This document shows positions 1-9,748 of a stretch of 64,000 nucleotides of DNA, piece after piece. Source of the stretch: an uncultured Roseobacteraceae bacterium (GTDB lineage Bacteria; Pseudomonadota; Alphaproteobacteria; Rhodobacterales; Rhodobacteraceae); NCBI GenBank assembly GCA_964022195.1, contig CAXIAS010000003.1, positions 13,574-77,573 of the forward strand, given 5' to 3'. The notes under the pieces were generated by a model. That model searched no databases. It saw nothing but the letters and a program-made list of their open reading frames with translations, and had not been told where the DNA came from. The position numbers were made by a program, and so were the translations under genes. How positions within the stretch are numbered: position 1 is the stretch's first letter; each line of letters starts with the position of its first letter.

Positions 1-360
1 GTCAGCCCCGATGTGCAATGCCTCGAGCGCGGCATATAGGCTAAGCGAATAGCCGATCGCGCCAAGAACCGCGTAGGTGTCACGGGGTCCGACGCCGAAA
101 CTGTCTTTTGAAATCTCAAAACTTTTGATCCAAGATGCCGGCCTGCGACGGATCGTCTTTGGGATGCCGGTGGAGCCTGAGGTCTGGCATTCCAACCACT
201 GGGCGCGCGACGTGATCCGCGTAATCGGGGCCCCGGGCGACTGGCGGGCGACTATGGTGTCGCGTTGGGCAATAGCCTGAACAATCTGCACAAGCCCCGC
301 CGCTTCCGGCGTCAAAAGGGTGCTGTCTGGGTGGCACTGGAACTGCGTCGGATCGGTCAT
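1..360 (-). CDS. AMP-dependent synthetase/ligase family protein, N-terminal 120 codons only (gene runs off the left edge)
   Basis: Own translation of the minus strand from ATG 360..358: MTDPTQFQCHPDSTLL...ECQTSGSTGIPKTIRR... carries the AMP-binding signature TSGSTGxPK. It stays open to position 1, so it is absent from the ORF track. Confidence 0.65.
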   Translation of the reverse strand, partial: MTDPTQFQCHPDSTLLTPEAAGLVQIVQAIAQRDTIVARQSPGAPITRITSRAQWLECQTSGSTGIPKTIRRRPASWIKSFEISKDSFGVGPRDTYAVLGAIGYSLSLYAALEALHIGAD

Positions 361-468
361 GGGGCATTCATAATCTTTGGCTGCGGCAATGCCAATCGCA
401 CCTTTTGTCGGATATTGGCGAGAGCGATGCCCCTTGTTCGGCTCGTGACCTTATGTAACATCGATAGA

Positions 469-1269
469 ATGAAGACTGTTATTATCATTCCCGCACGTTT
501 TGCATCCCAACGGTTCGAGGGCAAACCCCTCGCCATGTTGACCGGTCCCGACGGCGGGCACCAAACCCTGATCGAACGCAGCTGGCGCGCGGCGATGGCC
601 GTTCCCGATACCGTTGGCGTTTATGTGGCAACCGATGACGACCGTATCGCGGAGGCGGCGCGTGCGTTCGGGGCCGACGTGATCATGACAGACACGAGCT
701 GCGAAAACGGGACCGAACGGGTCGCACAAGCGATGAACGTCGCGGCCATTGACGCAGACGTGGTGATCAACTTGCAAGGCGATGCGCCGCTGACACCGGA
801 CTGGTTTGTCACCGCGCTGATGGATGCAATGGCTGCCGACCAGTCCATTCAGATGGCCACACCGGTTGTGCGCTGCGACGCTACGACCCTTGCGTATTTT
901 TATGCAGACCGCAAAAACGACAAAGTGGGCGGCACCACTGCTGTGATGGATGTGTCGGGACGCGCGCTGTATTTCAGCAAAGAAGTCATTCCCTACATCG
1001 TTCCGGGGCAAGTGCCTGACCCTGTTCCTGTATTCCACCATGTTGGCGTCTACGCGTATCGGCCCAAGGCGCTGGCGGCCTACGGCAGTTGGCCTGTCGG
1101 TCCGCTAGAAGCGCTGGAGGGGTTGGAACAGCTGCGGTTCCTTGAAAACGGCACGCCGATTTCATGTGTCGAGGTGCAAACCCGCGGGCGCCTATTCTGG
1201 GAGTTGAACAACCCCCCCGATGTCGCCCGCATCGAGGCGGCCATGATCGAGAATGCCCAGAATGGATAA
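469..1269 (+). CDS. kdsB: 3-deoxy-manno-octulosonate cytidylyltransferase (CMP-KDO synthetase)
   Basis: ORF 265..1269 trimmed to ATG 469 ([21 protein letters not shown]...). This is the typical KdsB N-terminus, and the gene is followed by kdsA. Confidence 0.9.
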   Translation: MKTVIIIPARFASQRFEGKPLAMLTGPDGGHQTLIERSWRAAMAVPDTVGVYVATDDDRIAEAARAFGADVIMTDTSCENGTERVAQAMNVAAIDADVVINLQGDAPLTPDWFVTALMDAMAADQSIQMATPVVRCDATTLAYFYADRKNDKVGGTTAVMDVSGRALYFSKEVIPYIVPGQVPDPVPVFHHVGVYAYRPKALAAYGSWPVGPLEALEGLEQLRFLENGTPISCVEVQTRGRLFWELNNPPDVARIEAAMIENAQNG

Positions 1270-2113
1270 CGCCCCTCACATCACGACAACGCGGACGGTC
1301 ACCATCGGCGACATCGCGATCGGAGGGTCCAATCCGATGTGTCTGTTTTCCGGTCCCTGCCAAATCGAAAGCCTCGATCATGCGTTGATGATGGCGGACC
1401 GTATTGCGCAGGCCTGCGCGCCAACTGGCACAGGATTTGTGTTCAAGGCAAGTTATGACAAGGCGAACCGGTCGTCTGGCGCTAGCCAGCGCGGGGTCGG
1501 TCTGGAAAGAGGTCTGGAAATCCTGATGCGGGTGCGCGAAGCGTTCGACTGTCCGGTCCTTACGGATGTGCATGAACCTGCTCATTGTGCCCTTGCCGCT
1601 GGTGCGGTGGATATCCTGCAAATCCCTGCGTTTTTGTGTCGCCAGACGGACTTGTTGCTGGCAGCGGGCGAAACCGGTCGTGCGATTAATGTCAAAAAGG
1701 GGCAGTTCCTTGCGCCTTGGGACATGGAACACGTCGCGGCGAAGATTGCGTCAACTGGCAATATCAACATCTTGCTATGTGATCGCGGAACCAGCTTTGG
1801 GTACAACACACTGGTCAGCGACTTTCGCGGACTGCCAGTGATGGCAGCCACGGGATATCCTGTCGTGTTTGACGCCACACATTCGGTGCAGCAGCCCGGT
1901 GGATTGGGCGTTGCGTCCGGCGGTCAACGGCAATTTGCGCCTGTTCTGGCGCGGGCCGCCTGCGCTGTTGGTGTCTCGGCTGTTTTTATCGAGACGCACC
2001 AAGACCCCGATGCCGCGCCGTCCGACGGCCCCAATATGATCCCCGTTGATCAATTGGCTGATCTGGTCACCCAGCTTCGGCAATTTGATGAATTGGCCAA
2101 ACAAAGAACCTAA
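1262..2113 (+). CDS. kdsA: 2-dehydro-3-deoxyphosphooctonate aldolase (KDO-8-phosphate synthase)
   Basis: ORF 1253..2113 has KdsA motifs ([22 protein letters not shown]). The start is ATG 1253 or 1262; both overlap the kdsB stop. Confidence 0.9.
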   Translation: MDNAPHITTTRTVTIGDIAIGGSNPMCLFSGPCQIESLDHALMMADRIAQACAPTGTGFVFKASYDKANRSSGASQRGVGLERGLEILMRVREAFDCPVLTDVHEPAHCALAAGAVDILQIPAFLCRQTDLLLAAGETGRAINVKKGQFLAPWDMEHVAAKIASTGNINILLCDRGTSFGYNTLVSDFRGLPVMAATGYPVVFDATHSVQQPGGLGVASGGQRQFAPVLARAACAVGVSAVFIETHQDPDAAPSDGPNMIPVDQLADLVTQLRQFDELAKQRT

Positions 2114-2199
2114 TCCAAAGCACCCGCGGCGCAATCGGGCCCTGCAAGGAATTGACCCGCGCGGTTTGGAATTTTGGCTTTGGCGTTCGGACACAACAG

Positions 2200-3213
2200 T
2201 CAGGGGCGCGCGCTGGATAGGCGAACGATCAAACGTGGCGCGCAATCGCCCGATATCTCGGTCGCATCCTCGCGCAGGATTGCAGCCATAATGGCGTTTC
2301 CGGTTTCGTGGCCGATTGTAACCGCAGGGATGCGCACGGTCGTCAGCGCGGGTTCGATTTCGGACGATCCTTTGAAGTCACCAATGCCGACAATCGACAA
2401 ATCCTCGGGCACGCGAACGCCCATCGACATCGCCCCATAGATCGCGCCAGTGGCAAGGATGTCATTGCCGCAAATTAGACAACTTGGCCGCTTGCCCGAC
2501 GCCAGCAGGGTCCGGGTGTCCCGTTTTGAGGCCGAGATGCTATAGACAGTGTTCAACATCCAATGATCCGGAATCGATAGGCCTGCGGCCTCGACCGTCT
2601 TGATCACGGCGTCGCGCCGCCCTTGGGCACGATCATTGCCCGAGGTCGGCGGCAACATGCAGGCAATATCGCGATGCCCCATATCCAAAACATGCTGTGC
2701 GATCAAACGTCCGGCCTCTAGGTTGTCGGACCCGATGGACGGGTATCGCGATTTCGCGGCGTAATTCCACATCAACACGCAAGGGATATTCTGGCTGTCG
2801 ATCAGCTGGAACACGGCGTCGTCATGATCCAACCCTGTCAGAACCACGCCATCGACCCGATGTTCCAGAAATTTGCGCAAGATCGCGTATTCCTTTTGCT
2901 GGTCATATCCGTGAGATGCCAACAGAATGGTAAAGCCTCTCTCGGCGACCTTGTCCGAAAACGCCTGCACGACTTCGGCAAAAATCGCGTGGTCGAGCGT
3001 AGGCACCAAAACCCCGATAGTGCCCGACCTGATCCCGTGGATCGTTTGGGCCGCTCGATTGCGGATGTATCCGGTTCGTTTGACCGCGGCTTCGATCCGC
3101 TTACGAGTCGCGGGTTTCAGCAGTTGCGGATGGTTGAAATAGCGAGATACCGTCGAAGCCGAGGTTTTTGCCGACTTAGCAACATCGATGATATCGGCCC
3201 TTTTGCTAGACAT
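2200..3213 (-). CDS. LacI family transcriptional regulator
   Basis: N-terminal HTH (IIDVAKSAKTSASTVSRYFN) plus a periplasmic-binding-protein-like sugar-binding fold pattern. It is divergent from the TTT transporter genes. Confidence 0.9.
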   Translation of the reverse strand: MSSKRADIIDVAKSAKTSASTVSRYFNHPQLLKPATRKRIEAAVKRTGYIRNRAAQTIHGIRSGTIGVLVPTLDHAIFAEVVQAFSDKVAERGFTILLASHGYDQQKEYAILRKFLEHRVDGVVLTGLDHDDAVFQLIDSQNIPCVLMWNYAAKSRYPSIGSDNLEAGRLIAQHVLDMGHRDIACMLPPTSGNDRAQGRRDAVIKTVEAAGLSIPDHWMLNTVYSISASKRDTRTLLASGKRPSCLICGNDILATGAIYGAMSMGVRVPEDLSIVGIGDFKGSSEIEPALTTVRIPAVTIGHETGNAIMAAILREDATEISGDCAPRLIVRLSSARP

Positions 3214-3244
3214 TTTAGTTGGTTACCTCATATTTATGAAAACA

Positions 3245-3252
3245 TTTGCAAA
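3245..3252. promoter_or_regulatory. 8-bp palindrome TTTGCAAA in the AT-rich lacI/tctA divergent region (candidate operator core)
   Basis: Read directly from the sequence. It lies between the divergent starts at 3213 and 3311. Confidence 0.2.
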
Positions 3253-3310
3253 ACTATTTTCATCACTTAGCCTGACAGGTCAAGATTGGTATTACGGGGT
3301 CAAACCAACG

Positions 3311-4822
3311 ATGGAATTTCTGTTCTATATGGGCGATGTGTTCACGCCTGTGAACTTTGGTCTGCTGCTGCTGGGCACAATAGGCGGCCTGATTTTGGGT
3401 GCTACCCCCGGTCTGTCACCGACGATGGCAGTTGCGTTGTTGATTCCGTTTACGTTCAAGCTGGAACCGCAGCAGGGTCTGATCCTGCTTGGGGCCGCTT
3501 ATACATCGACCGTTGCAGGGGGCGCGGTTAGTGCGATCTTGCTCAAGATTCCGGGCGCTCCGGCGAATATTGCGACCACGCTGGACGGCCATACTATGGC
3601 GAAAAAGGGTGAAGGCGCCAAAGCCTTGCAGTTGTCGTTTATTGCCTCTGCCGTGGGCGGGCTGTTCGGGGTGTTCTTGTTGATCTTCCTGACGCCGGTT
3701 CTGGCCCAATGGGCACTGGCATTTGGCCCATCTCACCTGTTCTGGCTGGCGATCCTCGGCGTGACCGTCATCGGCACGCTGGACAGCAGTTCGGTGGTCA
3801 AGGGGCTGCTGTCAGGCTGCATCGGGCTTTGGCTTGCCACCATCGGGTTCGACGACATCATGGGCGCGCAGCGGTTCATCTTTCATCCAGCGGTCAGCGG
3901 CGGGATCAACGTGATCCCTGCATTGATCGGGTTGTTTGCAATCCCGCAGGTGATCACCATGTTCACCAAGGGACGCAAAGCATCCGAGGCCGAGGTCATA
4001 ACCGTGCAGAAACACCCCATCGGGGCCGCGTTTCGCGAAGTATTCGCGCGCAAAACCGCCCTTGCCATTGGGACAGCGGTCGGGTCGATCATTGGTTTGA
4101 TCCCCGGCGTTGGTGGCCAGATTGCGGGCCTTGTTGCCTATGACCAGTCCAAGAAATTCAGCAAGGAATCCCATAAGTTCGGTACAGGCCATTCCGAAGG
4201 CGTGATCGCCGCGGAAAGCGCGAACAACGCGATGGTAGGACCGTCATTGGTGCCGCTATTGACCCTGTCGATCCCCGGGTCGCCCACCGCAGCTGTGTTG
4301 CTGGGCGGTTTGCTGATCCACGGTATTTTCCCTGGACCGGACCTGTTCATCAATTACCCGCAAGTTGCGTGGACATTCATTGACAGCATGTTGATCGGGC
4401 AATTGCTGATGTGCATCTTCGGTCTGTATATCGCAGGGCTTGCAGCCAGCGTTGCGCGGGTTCCCCACGCGGTTATGGCCGCTGTAGTATTGGGGCTGGC
4501 GTTGTTCGGGAGCTATTCGGTCCAGAACTCGATGGGTGACGTCTATGTCATGGCGACGCTCGGCATCGCGATGTATTTTCTGGAACGTTTCGGCTTTTCT
4601 GCGGCGCCACTGGTGCTGGGCCTGATCTTGGGTCCAATCGCTGAGGCGAACTTTATCCAAGGATCGATGATCGCCAATGCCACTGTTGGCACTGGCACAT
4701 ACTTCTTTACCGGTTGGTTGAACTGGCTGCTGATCGCGATCGTCGTCGCTTCTGTCGCCTATTCCGTCTGGATGGAAGTCGCCAGCCGCCGCTACACCAC
4801 AAAAGAGGAGGCATCCGAATGA
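3311..4822 (+). CDS. tctA: tripartite tricarboxylate transporter (TTT) large permease, TctA family
   Basis: ORF 3188..4822 trimmed to ATG 3311 (MEFLFYMGDVF...). It is a polytopic protein of about 500 aa. A small TctB-like ORF and a TctC-like receptor follow it. Confidence 0.88.
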   Translation: MEFLFYMGDVFTPVNFGLLLLGTIGGLILGATPGLSPTMAVALLIPFTFKLEPQQGLILLGAAYTSTVAGGAVSAILLKIPGAPANIATTLDGHTMAKKGEGAKALQLSFIASAVGGLFGVFLLIFLTPVLAQWALAFGPSHLFWLAILGVTVIGTLDSSSVVKGLLSGCIGLWLATIGFDDIMGAQRFIFHPAVSGGINVIPALIGLFAIPQVITMFTKGRKASEAEVITVQKHPIGAAFREVFARKTALAIGTAVGSIIGLIPGVGGQIAGLVAYDQSKKFSKESHKFGTGHSEGVIAAESANNAMVGPSLVPLLTLSIPGSPTAAVLLGGLLIHGIFPGPDLFINYPQVAWTFIDSMLIGQLLMCIFGLYIAGLAASVARVPHAVMAAVVLGLALFGSYSVQNSMGDVYVMATLGIAMYFLERFGFSAAPLVLGLILGPIAEANFIQGSMIANATVGTGTYFFTGWLNWLLIAIVVASVAYSVWMEVASRRYTTKEEASE

Positions 4823-5283
4823 CCAGCCTGCCCCGCACCCAGCACATCGTTGCCTCAGGCGTGATCGCGCTGATCGGTGTCACTGTTGCCTACGTCAGCT
4901 TTACCCAAGAACCGGCTGACGCATTCATCTTTCCAAGGCTGATATCGTCAGTGTTCGCCGTGCTGGCTGTCTGGACGTTCGGCAAGGCGATACTGGGCCG
5001 CACCAAAGTAGGCCCCGGCCTGTCGGGCGAGGCAGTGCGCAACATGCTGCCCGGTTTGATCGTCACGCTGGTCTATGTCTATTGGGCCGCCAAAGGGTTG
5101 GGGTTTTATACCGCGACCACCATCGCGTTTTTCATCTTACTATCGCTCTATGATCCGGCACCGCACAGTGCACCTAAGACGTGGATCAAACGGGCGCTCA
5201 TCACCGCTGGTTTTATGGCGGTAATTTACGGTCTGTTTGCGCAACTACTCTATGTATTTACACCGCGAGAGATCTTTTTCTGA
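4819..5283 (+). CDS. tctB: TTT small permease, TctB family
   Basis: ATG 4819 overlaps the tctA stop (ATGA). It is a 154-aa 4-TM protein (MTSLPRTQHIVASGVIALIGV...). Confidence 0.8.
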   Translation: MTSLPRTQHIVASGVIALIGVTVAYVSFTQEPADAFIFPRLISSVFAVLAVWTFGKAILGRTKVGPGLSGEAVRNMLPGLIVTLVYVYWAAKGLGFYTATTIAFFILLSLYDPAPHSAPKTWIKRALITAGFMAVIYGLFAQLLYVFTPREIFF

Positions 5284-5323
5284 ACCGCAAAAGCGGCGGA
5301 CCAACCAACTAGGGAGAACGACA

Positions 5324-6295
5324 ATGAAAAAATGGATTGCAGGGGCGGCGATTGCCCTTACAGCACTGGCAACCACCGCAACAGCGGACGGGCACGCCAA
5401 TTATCCTGACCGACCGGTTATGATGATGGTGAGCTATGGCGCTGGTGGTGCGACCGACTTTCAGGCGCGCATCGTGACAATGACCGCCGGAAACGAGGAC
5501 GCGCTGGGTATGCCAATCGCGATCGTCAACAAATCCGGTGCGGGCGGTCGCGTCGGCTGGAACTGGTTCGCCACACAGGCCGAGGCCGATGGCTATACGC
5601 TGGGGGCCTATAACATCCCGCACTTTATCGCCCAGTCGATCGAGGGCGGCGTGGAATATTCAGCCGAAAGCTTTGAACCGATTGCAAACTGGGGCGCAGA
5701 CCCTGCCGTGTTCGTCGTTGGCGCGGATTCCGACTTCAACTCGATGGCGGATGTTGTCGAATTCGCCAAGGCAAACCCGGGCGGTTTGACTTTCTCTGGT
5801 GCGGGTCTGTTTGTGGGTCACCACATCGCGGCCTTGCAGCTTGAAAAAGCAGCTGGCGTCGAGCTGGCCTATATTCCGAACAACGCCGGTGGCGCAGGTG
5901 CGATGCGTGCTGTGATCTCGGGCGAAGTTATGGGCGGGGTAAACAACCTGTCTGATGCGTTCCGCGCACAGGCCGCTGGCAACGTCAAAATCCTAGGTGT
6001 GTTCGATCTGGAGCGTAACGCAGAATTCCTTCCAGACGTGCCTACACTGATGGAACAGGGCTTTGACATCGACAATGCCTCCGTCAACTTTCGCGGTGTG
6101 ATGGTGCCTGCTGGGACACCACAGGCGATCATCGACAAACTGGCAGCAACTGTGCCCGCTATGTTTGAAAACGGCCGCGTCGCAAGCCGGATGAAGGCCG
6201 GCGGCTCGCCGATGCACATCATGACCCGCGAAGAGGTTCAGGCAATGTGGGCCGCTCGTCAGGCGACACTAGAGGAATTGCTCTCAGGTCTTTAA
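5324..6295 (+). CDS. tctC: TTT periplasmic substrate-binding receptor, TctC (Bug) family
   Basis: ATG 5324 is preceded by AGGGAGA. The protein has a signal peptide (MKKWIAGAAIALTALATTATA) and a Bug/TctC-like sequence (YGAGGATDFQARI). Confidence 0.88.
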   Translation: MKKWIAGAAIALTALATTATADGHANYPDRPVMMMVSYGAGGATDFQARIVTMTAGNEDALGMPIAIVNKSGAGGRVGWNWFATQAEADGYTLGAYNIPHFIAQSIEGGVEYSAESFEPIANWGADPAVFVVGADSDFNSMADVVEFAKANPGGLTFSGAGLFVGHHIAALQLEKAAGVELAYIPNNAGGAGAMRAVISGEVMGGVNNLSDAFRAQAAGNVKILGVFDLERNAEFLPDVPTLMEQGFDIDNASVNFRGVMVPAGTPQAIIDKLAATVPAMFENGRVASRMKAGGSPMHIMTREEVQAMWAARQATLEELLSGL

Positions 6296-6358
6296 TCAAC
6301 AACAGGCAGGGCGCCTATATCGGTGCCCTGCCATCCCATACTTTGGGAGTGTCCAACC

Positions 6359-7762
6359 ATGTCCGACCGTGATCCAATCGCAGAAGTCGAAGCCATCGTC
6401 GCCCGCGCCCGCGCGGCGCAACGGGCATATGAGGCGACCGGATCGCAGGATTTGTATGACACGGCAGCCGCTGCGGTCGCTTGGGCCATTATGGAGCCCG
6501 CCCGTAACAAACATCTTGCCGAACTGGCGGTCGAGACAACCGGCCTAGGCAACGTTCCCGACAAGATCACCAAGAACCACCGCAAGACATTGGGTCTGAT
6601 GCGTGACATTAAACAGGCCGTGACTTTTGGTGTGATCAGCGATGATCCGGCCACAGGTATCACTGAAATCGCACGGCCAATCGGCGTAATCGGTGCGGTG
6701 GTCCCGTCCACAAATCCAGGCGCTACCCCCGCCAACAACATTATCAATGCCGTCAAATGCGGCAACGCCATCGTTGTGTCCCCGTCCCCCAAGGGCGTGC
6801 CAACTTGCGAGGCCCTGATAGGGTATATCTATGCCGAATTTGACAAAGCCGGGATCGACCGCGACTTGGTCCAGATGATCCCGGGACGCGGGTCCAAAGA
6901 AAAGACCCAACGCTTGTTGGAAATCTCGGACTTGATCGTCGTCACAGGCAGCCAGAACAACGTGCGTCGCGCCTATACCTCGGGCACACCAGCGCTGGCT
7001 GTGGGGGCAGGCAACGTGGCCGTGATCATCGACGAGACCGCCGATCTGGCTGCAGCTGCGGACAAGGTGTTGGCGTCCAAGACGTTCGATAACGCGACGT
7101 CGTGTTCGTCCGAGAATTCGATCGTTGTTGTTGACGCAATCTACGACGCTTTCGTGGCCGAAATGGCCCGCACGGGTGGGGCGCTGATAACGGATGATAA
7201 GGCCATTACAGGGTCGCTATGGGTCAAGGGCCACCTGAACCCCGCCGCCATCGCCCAAGACGCCGACAAGATGATCGAGGCGCTGGGCCTCACCGAACAA
7301 GTCCCCGCCGACACAAAATACATCGCGGTCGAAACCAAGGGCATCGGCCCTGATCACCCGTTGTCGGGGGAAAAGCTGTCCCGCGTTCTTAGCGTCTATC
7401 GCGCCGCCGATTTCGACGACGCTGTGGCCATCACCCGCCGGATTGAACTGCACCAAGGGGCGGGCCATTCGGTCGGCATTCACACCACCGTTGATAGCCG
7501 GCCAATGGTGCTGGCCACCGCAATTCCCACCAGCCGCGTGATTGTGAATCAAGCCCATACCTTTGCGACCGGCGGGGCGTTTACCAATGGCATGCCGTTC
7601 TCGCTGTCGATGGGCTGCGGGTCTTGGGGTGGGAATTCGATTGATACGAACCTGCATTGGCGACATTTCCTGCAATCGACCAAAATTGTGCGTGAAATAC
7701 CGGCCAACGAGCCGTCCCTGGACCAGATATTTGGCGATTATTGGGGCGCTGTCGGTCAATGA
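6359..7762 (+). CDS. CoA-acylating aldehyde dehydrogenase (EutE/PduP/AdhE-N-like)
   Basis: ORF trimmed to ATG 6359 (MSDRDPIAEVEAIV...). It has the ALDH fold with the catalytic Cys context TSCSSENSIVV, plus VPSTNP and GAGN. Confidence 0.8.
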   Translation: MSDRDPIAEVEAIVARARAAQRAYEATGSQDLYDTAAAAVAWAIMEPARNKHLAELAVETTGLGNVPDKITKNHRKTLGLMRDIKQAVTFGVISDDPATGITEIARPIGVIGAVVPSTNPGATPANNIINAVKCGNAIVVSPSPKGVPTCEALIGYIYAEFDKAGIDRDLVQMIPGRGSKEKTQRLLEISDLIVVTGSQNNVRRAYTSGTPALAVGAGNVAVIIDETADLAAAADKVLASKTFDNATSCSSENSIVVVDAIYDAFVAEMARTGGALITDDKAITGSLWVKGHLNPAAIAQDADKMIEALGLTEQVPADTKYIAVETKGIGPDHPLSGEKLSRVLSVYRAADFDDAVAITRRIELHQGAGHSVGIHTTVDSRPMVLATAIPTSRVIVNQAHTFATGGAFTNGMPFSLSMGCGSWGGNSIDTNLHWRHFLQSTKIVREIPANEPSLDQIFGDYWGAVGQ

Positions 7763-9261
7763 TTTATGAACCGACTTTACCACCTGTTGGCACCGTGCGC
7801 GACTGGCTGGACGCCCGCGCGGCATCCGGTGGCGTGGGGTTTGTGTTTCCTGAAACCGGGGGAACGCTGGACTGGCGCGATCTGCGTGACCAAGCACGTG
7901 ACATAGCGCGGGGTCTTGCTGCACTTGGCGTGGCCAAGGGCGAAAGCATTGCGATCATCCAGCCGAACGGACCGCAAGGCGTCCTGTCCTTGTTCGCGGC
8001 ATTGTATGGCGGCTATCGCGCGACGATGATCAACCTTGCCGCAGGTCCGGTGGCAACGGGGTATGCGTTGGAACATTGCGATGCGCAGTTCGCCATTGTC
8101 CACGACGACCAGCTAGACCTGTTTGCAGCCGTATCCCCCGTAGGTATGCGGGCCGTGGATTTGGGCGCGCTGGAACCTACAGGCCAACTGCCTGATATTG
8201 TTGCCTCGGACCACGCTCTGTTGATGTATACATCCGGCACCACTGGCCGCCCCAAGGGCGTCGTTCACACGCATAGCAGCCTGCTGGCCGGCGGATGGAC
8301 ATCGGCGCTTGCTCATGAATTGACGGACCAAGATCGCGGTTTCTGCGTTTTGCCAATCTACCACATCAACGGCCTGTGTGTGACGGTGATGGGCGCGCTT
8401 GTCTCTGGTGGATCTTTGGCAATGGTACCACGGTTTTCCGCCAGCAGGTTCTGGGACTATGCCGCGAACGCACAGGTCACCTGGTTCTCGGTTGTGCCAA
8501 CGATCATCAGCCACTTGTTGCACGGAAAACCCTCGCCCGACGAGGCGACCCGCGCGCGCATCCGCTTTGGCCGTTCGGCGTCATCTGCCTTGGCGGTTGA
8601 AACCCAATCCGCGTTCGAGGATCGGTTTGGCATTCCGATCGTTGAAACAATGGGCCTTACCGAAACGGCCGCGCAAATCCTGTCCAACCCGCTGCCACCG
8701 GGGGTGCGCAAAATCGGGTCGCCGGGCAAATGTTTTGGTAATGACGTCTGTATCCTTGGACCCGATCTATCGCTGTTACCGCCAGACGTTGAAGGCGAAA
8801 TTGCGATCCGTGGCCCAAATGTTATGTTGGAATACCTAAAAAACCCGCAAGCCACGACCGATACATTTTCCGGCGATTGGCTGCGCACGGGCGATTTGGG
8901 GCGGATCGACGCCGACGGTTATGTGTTTGTGACAGGTCGCCTAAAAGAGCTGATCATCAAGGGTGGGGAAAACGTAGCCCCCCGCGAAATCGACGAAGTG
9001 CTGTATTCGCATCCCGCCATTGTCGAGGCCGCGGCATTTGCCCGACCTTGCAAGCGCTACGGCGAAACGATCGAGGCCGCGGTCGCAATCGACGAAGGTT
9101 TTGATGTCACCGCTGACGAACTTATGACGCTTTGCCGTGACCGATTGGGGGCCTTCAAGTCCCCTGACCAAATTCACATCACGACGGAGCTGCCCAAAGG
9201 CCCGTCTGGTAAAATCCAGCGGTTGAAACTGGCAGAATTATTGCCGGTTGCCAGCCCCTAG
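7759..9261 (+). CDS. AMP-forming acyl-CoA synthetase/ligase
   Basis: ATG 7759 overlaps the upstream stop (ATGA). AMP-binding motifs are present: LLMYTSGTTGRPKGVVHTH, TGDLGRIDADGY, PKGPSGKIQR. Confidence 0.9.
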   Translation: MIYEPTLPPVGTVRDWLDARAASGGVGFVFPETGGTLDWRDLRDQARDIARGLAALGVAKGESIAIIQPNGPQGVLSLFAALYGGYRATMINLAAGPVATGYALEHCDAQFAIVHDDQLDLFAAVSPVGMRAVDLGALEPTGQLPDIVASDHALLMYTSGTTGRPKGVVHTHSSLLAGGWTSALAHELTDQDRGFCVLPIYHINGLCVTVMGALVSGGSLAMVPRFSASRFWDYAANAQVTWFSVVPTIISHLLHGKPSPDEATRARIRFGRSASSALAVETQSAFEDRFGIPIVETMGLTETAAQILSNPLPPGVRKIGSPGKCFGNDVCILGPDLSLLPPDVEGEIAIRGPNVMLEYLKNPQATTDTFSGDWLRTGDLGRIDADGYVFVTGRLKELIIKGGENVAPREIDEVLYSHPAIVEAAAFARPCKRYGETIEAAVAIDEGFDVTADELMTLCRDRLGAFKSPDQIHITTELPKGPSGKIQRLKLAELLPVASP

Positions 9262-9340
9262 GTGCCGCTTCTGATCTGGTCGCGTCTGGTCTGGTTTGGT
9301 ATCACGCTGTCAGATCCATTTTCTACGAAAGGCTGATCAG

Positions 9341-9682
9341 ATGATCGAACGAATTGATGCCGGTGTACGGTCGTCCAAAATCGTAAAATACAATGGTGTT
9401 GCGTATATCACCGGTCAAGTCGCTGAGGGCGAGACAATTCAAGAGCAAGTGCAAGGCTGTCTGGATAAAATCGACGCGCTGCTGGTGCAGGCAGGTTCGA
9501 ACCGTGAGAAGATGCTGCGCGTCACCATCTGGTTGGCAGATATGTCGGATTTTGCGGGCCTTAACGAGGTATGGAATGCTTGGGTGCCAGAAGGCCACGC
9601 GCCCGCACGTGCCTGCGGCGAGGCCAAGCTGGCCCGTGCCGAGCTCAAGGTCGAGTTCATTGTCGATGCTGCCTGCGACTGA
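9341..9682 (+). CDS. RidA/YjgF/TdcF-family (endoribonuclease L-PSP fold) protein
   Basis: ORF trimmed to ATG 9341. The 113-aa product (MIERIDAGVRSSKIVKYNGVAYITGQVAEG...) matches the family in size and pattern. Confidence 0.8.
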   Translation: MIERIDAGVRSSKIVKYNGVAYITGQVAEGETIQEQVQGCLDKIDALLVQAGSNREKMLRVTIWLADMSDFAGLNEVWNAWVPEGHAPARACGEAKLARAELKVEFIVDAACD

Positions 9683-9748
9683 TTTCCCCAAGGCGTTTTT
9701 GGCAACAAGAACGGGCTGGCGCGTCGGGCGCGGCAGTTTTAGGGTTGG

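Noticed and set aside
986-1732. 248-aa ORF antisense to the kdsB/kdsA junction
   Set aside because: It overlaps two well-supported genes and has an Arg-rich shadow composition.
9494-9503. GGTTCGAACC, reminiscent of a tRNA T-arm
   Set aside because: It lies inside the RidA-like coding sequence with no flanking cloverleaf (no acceptor or anticodon stems).
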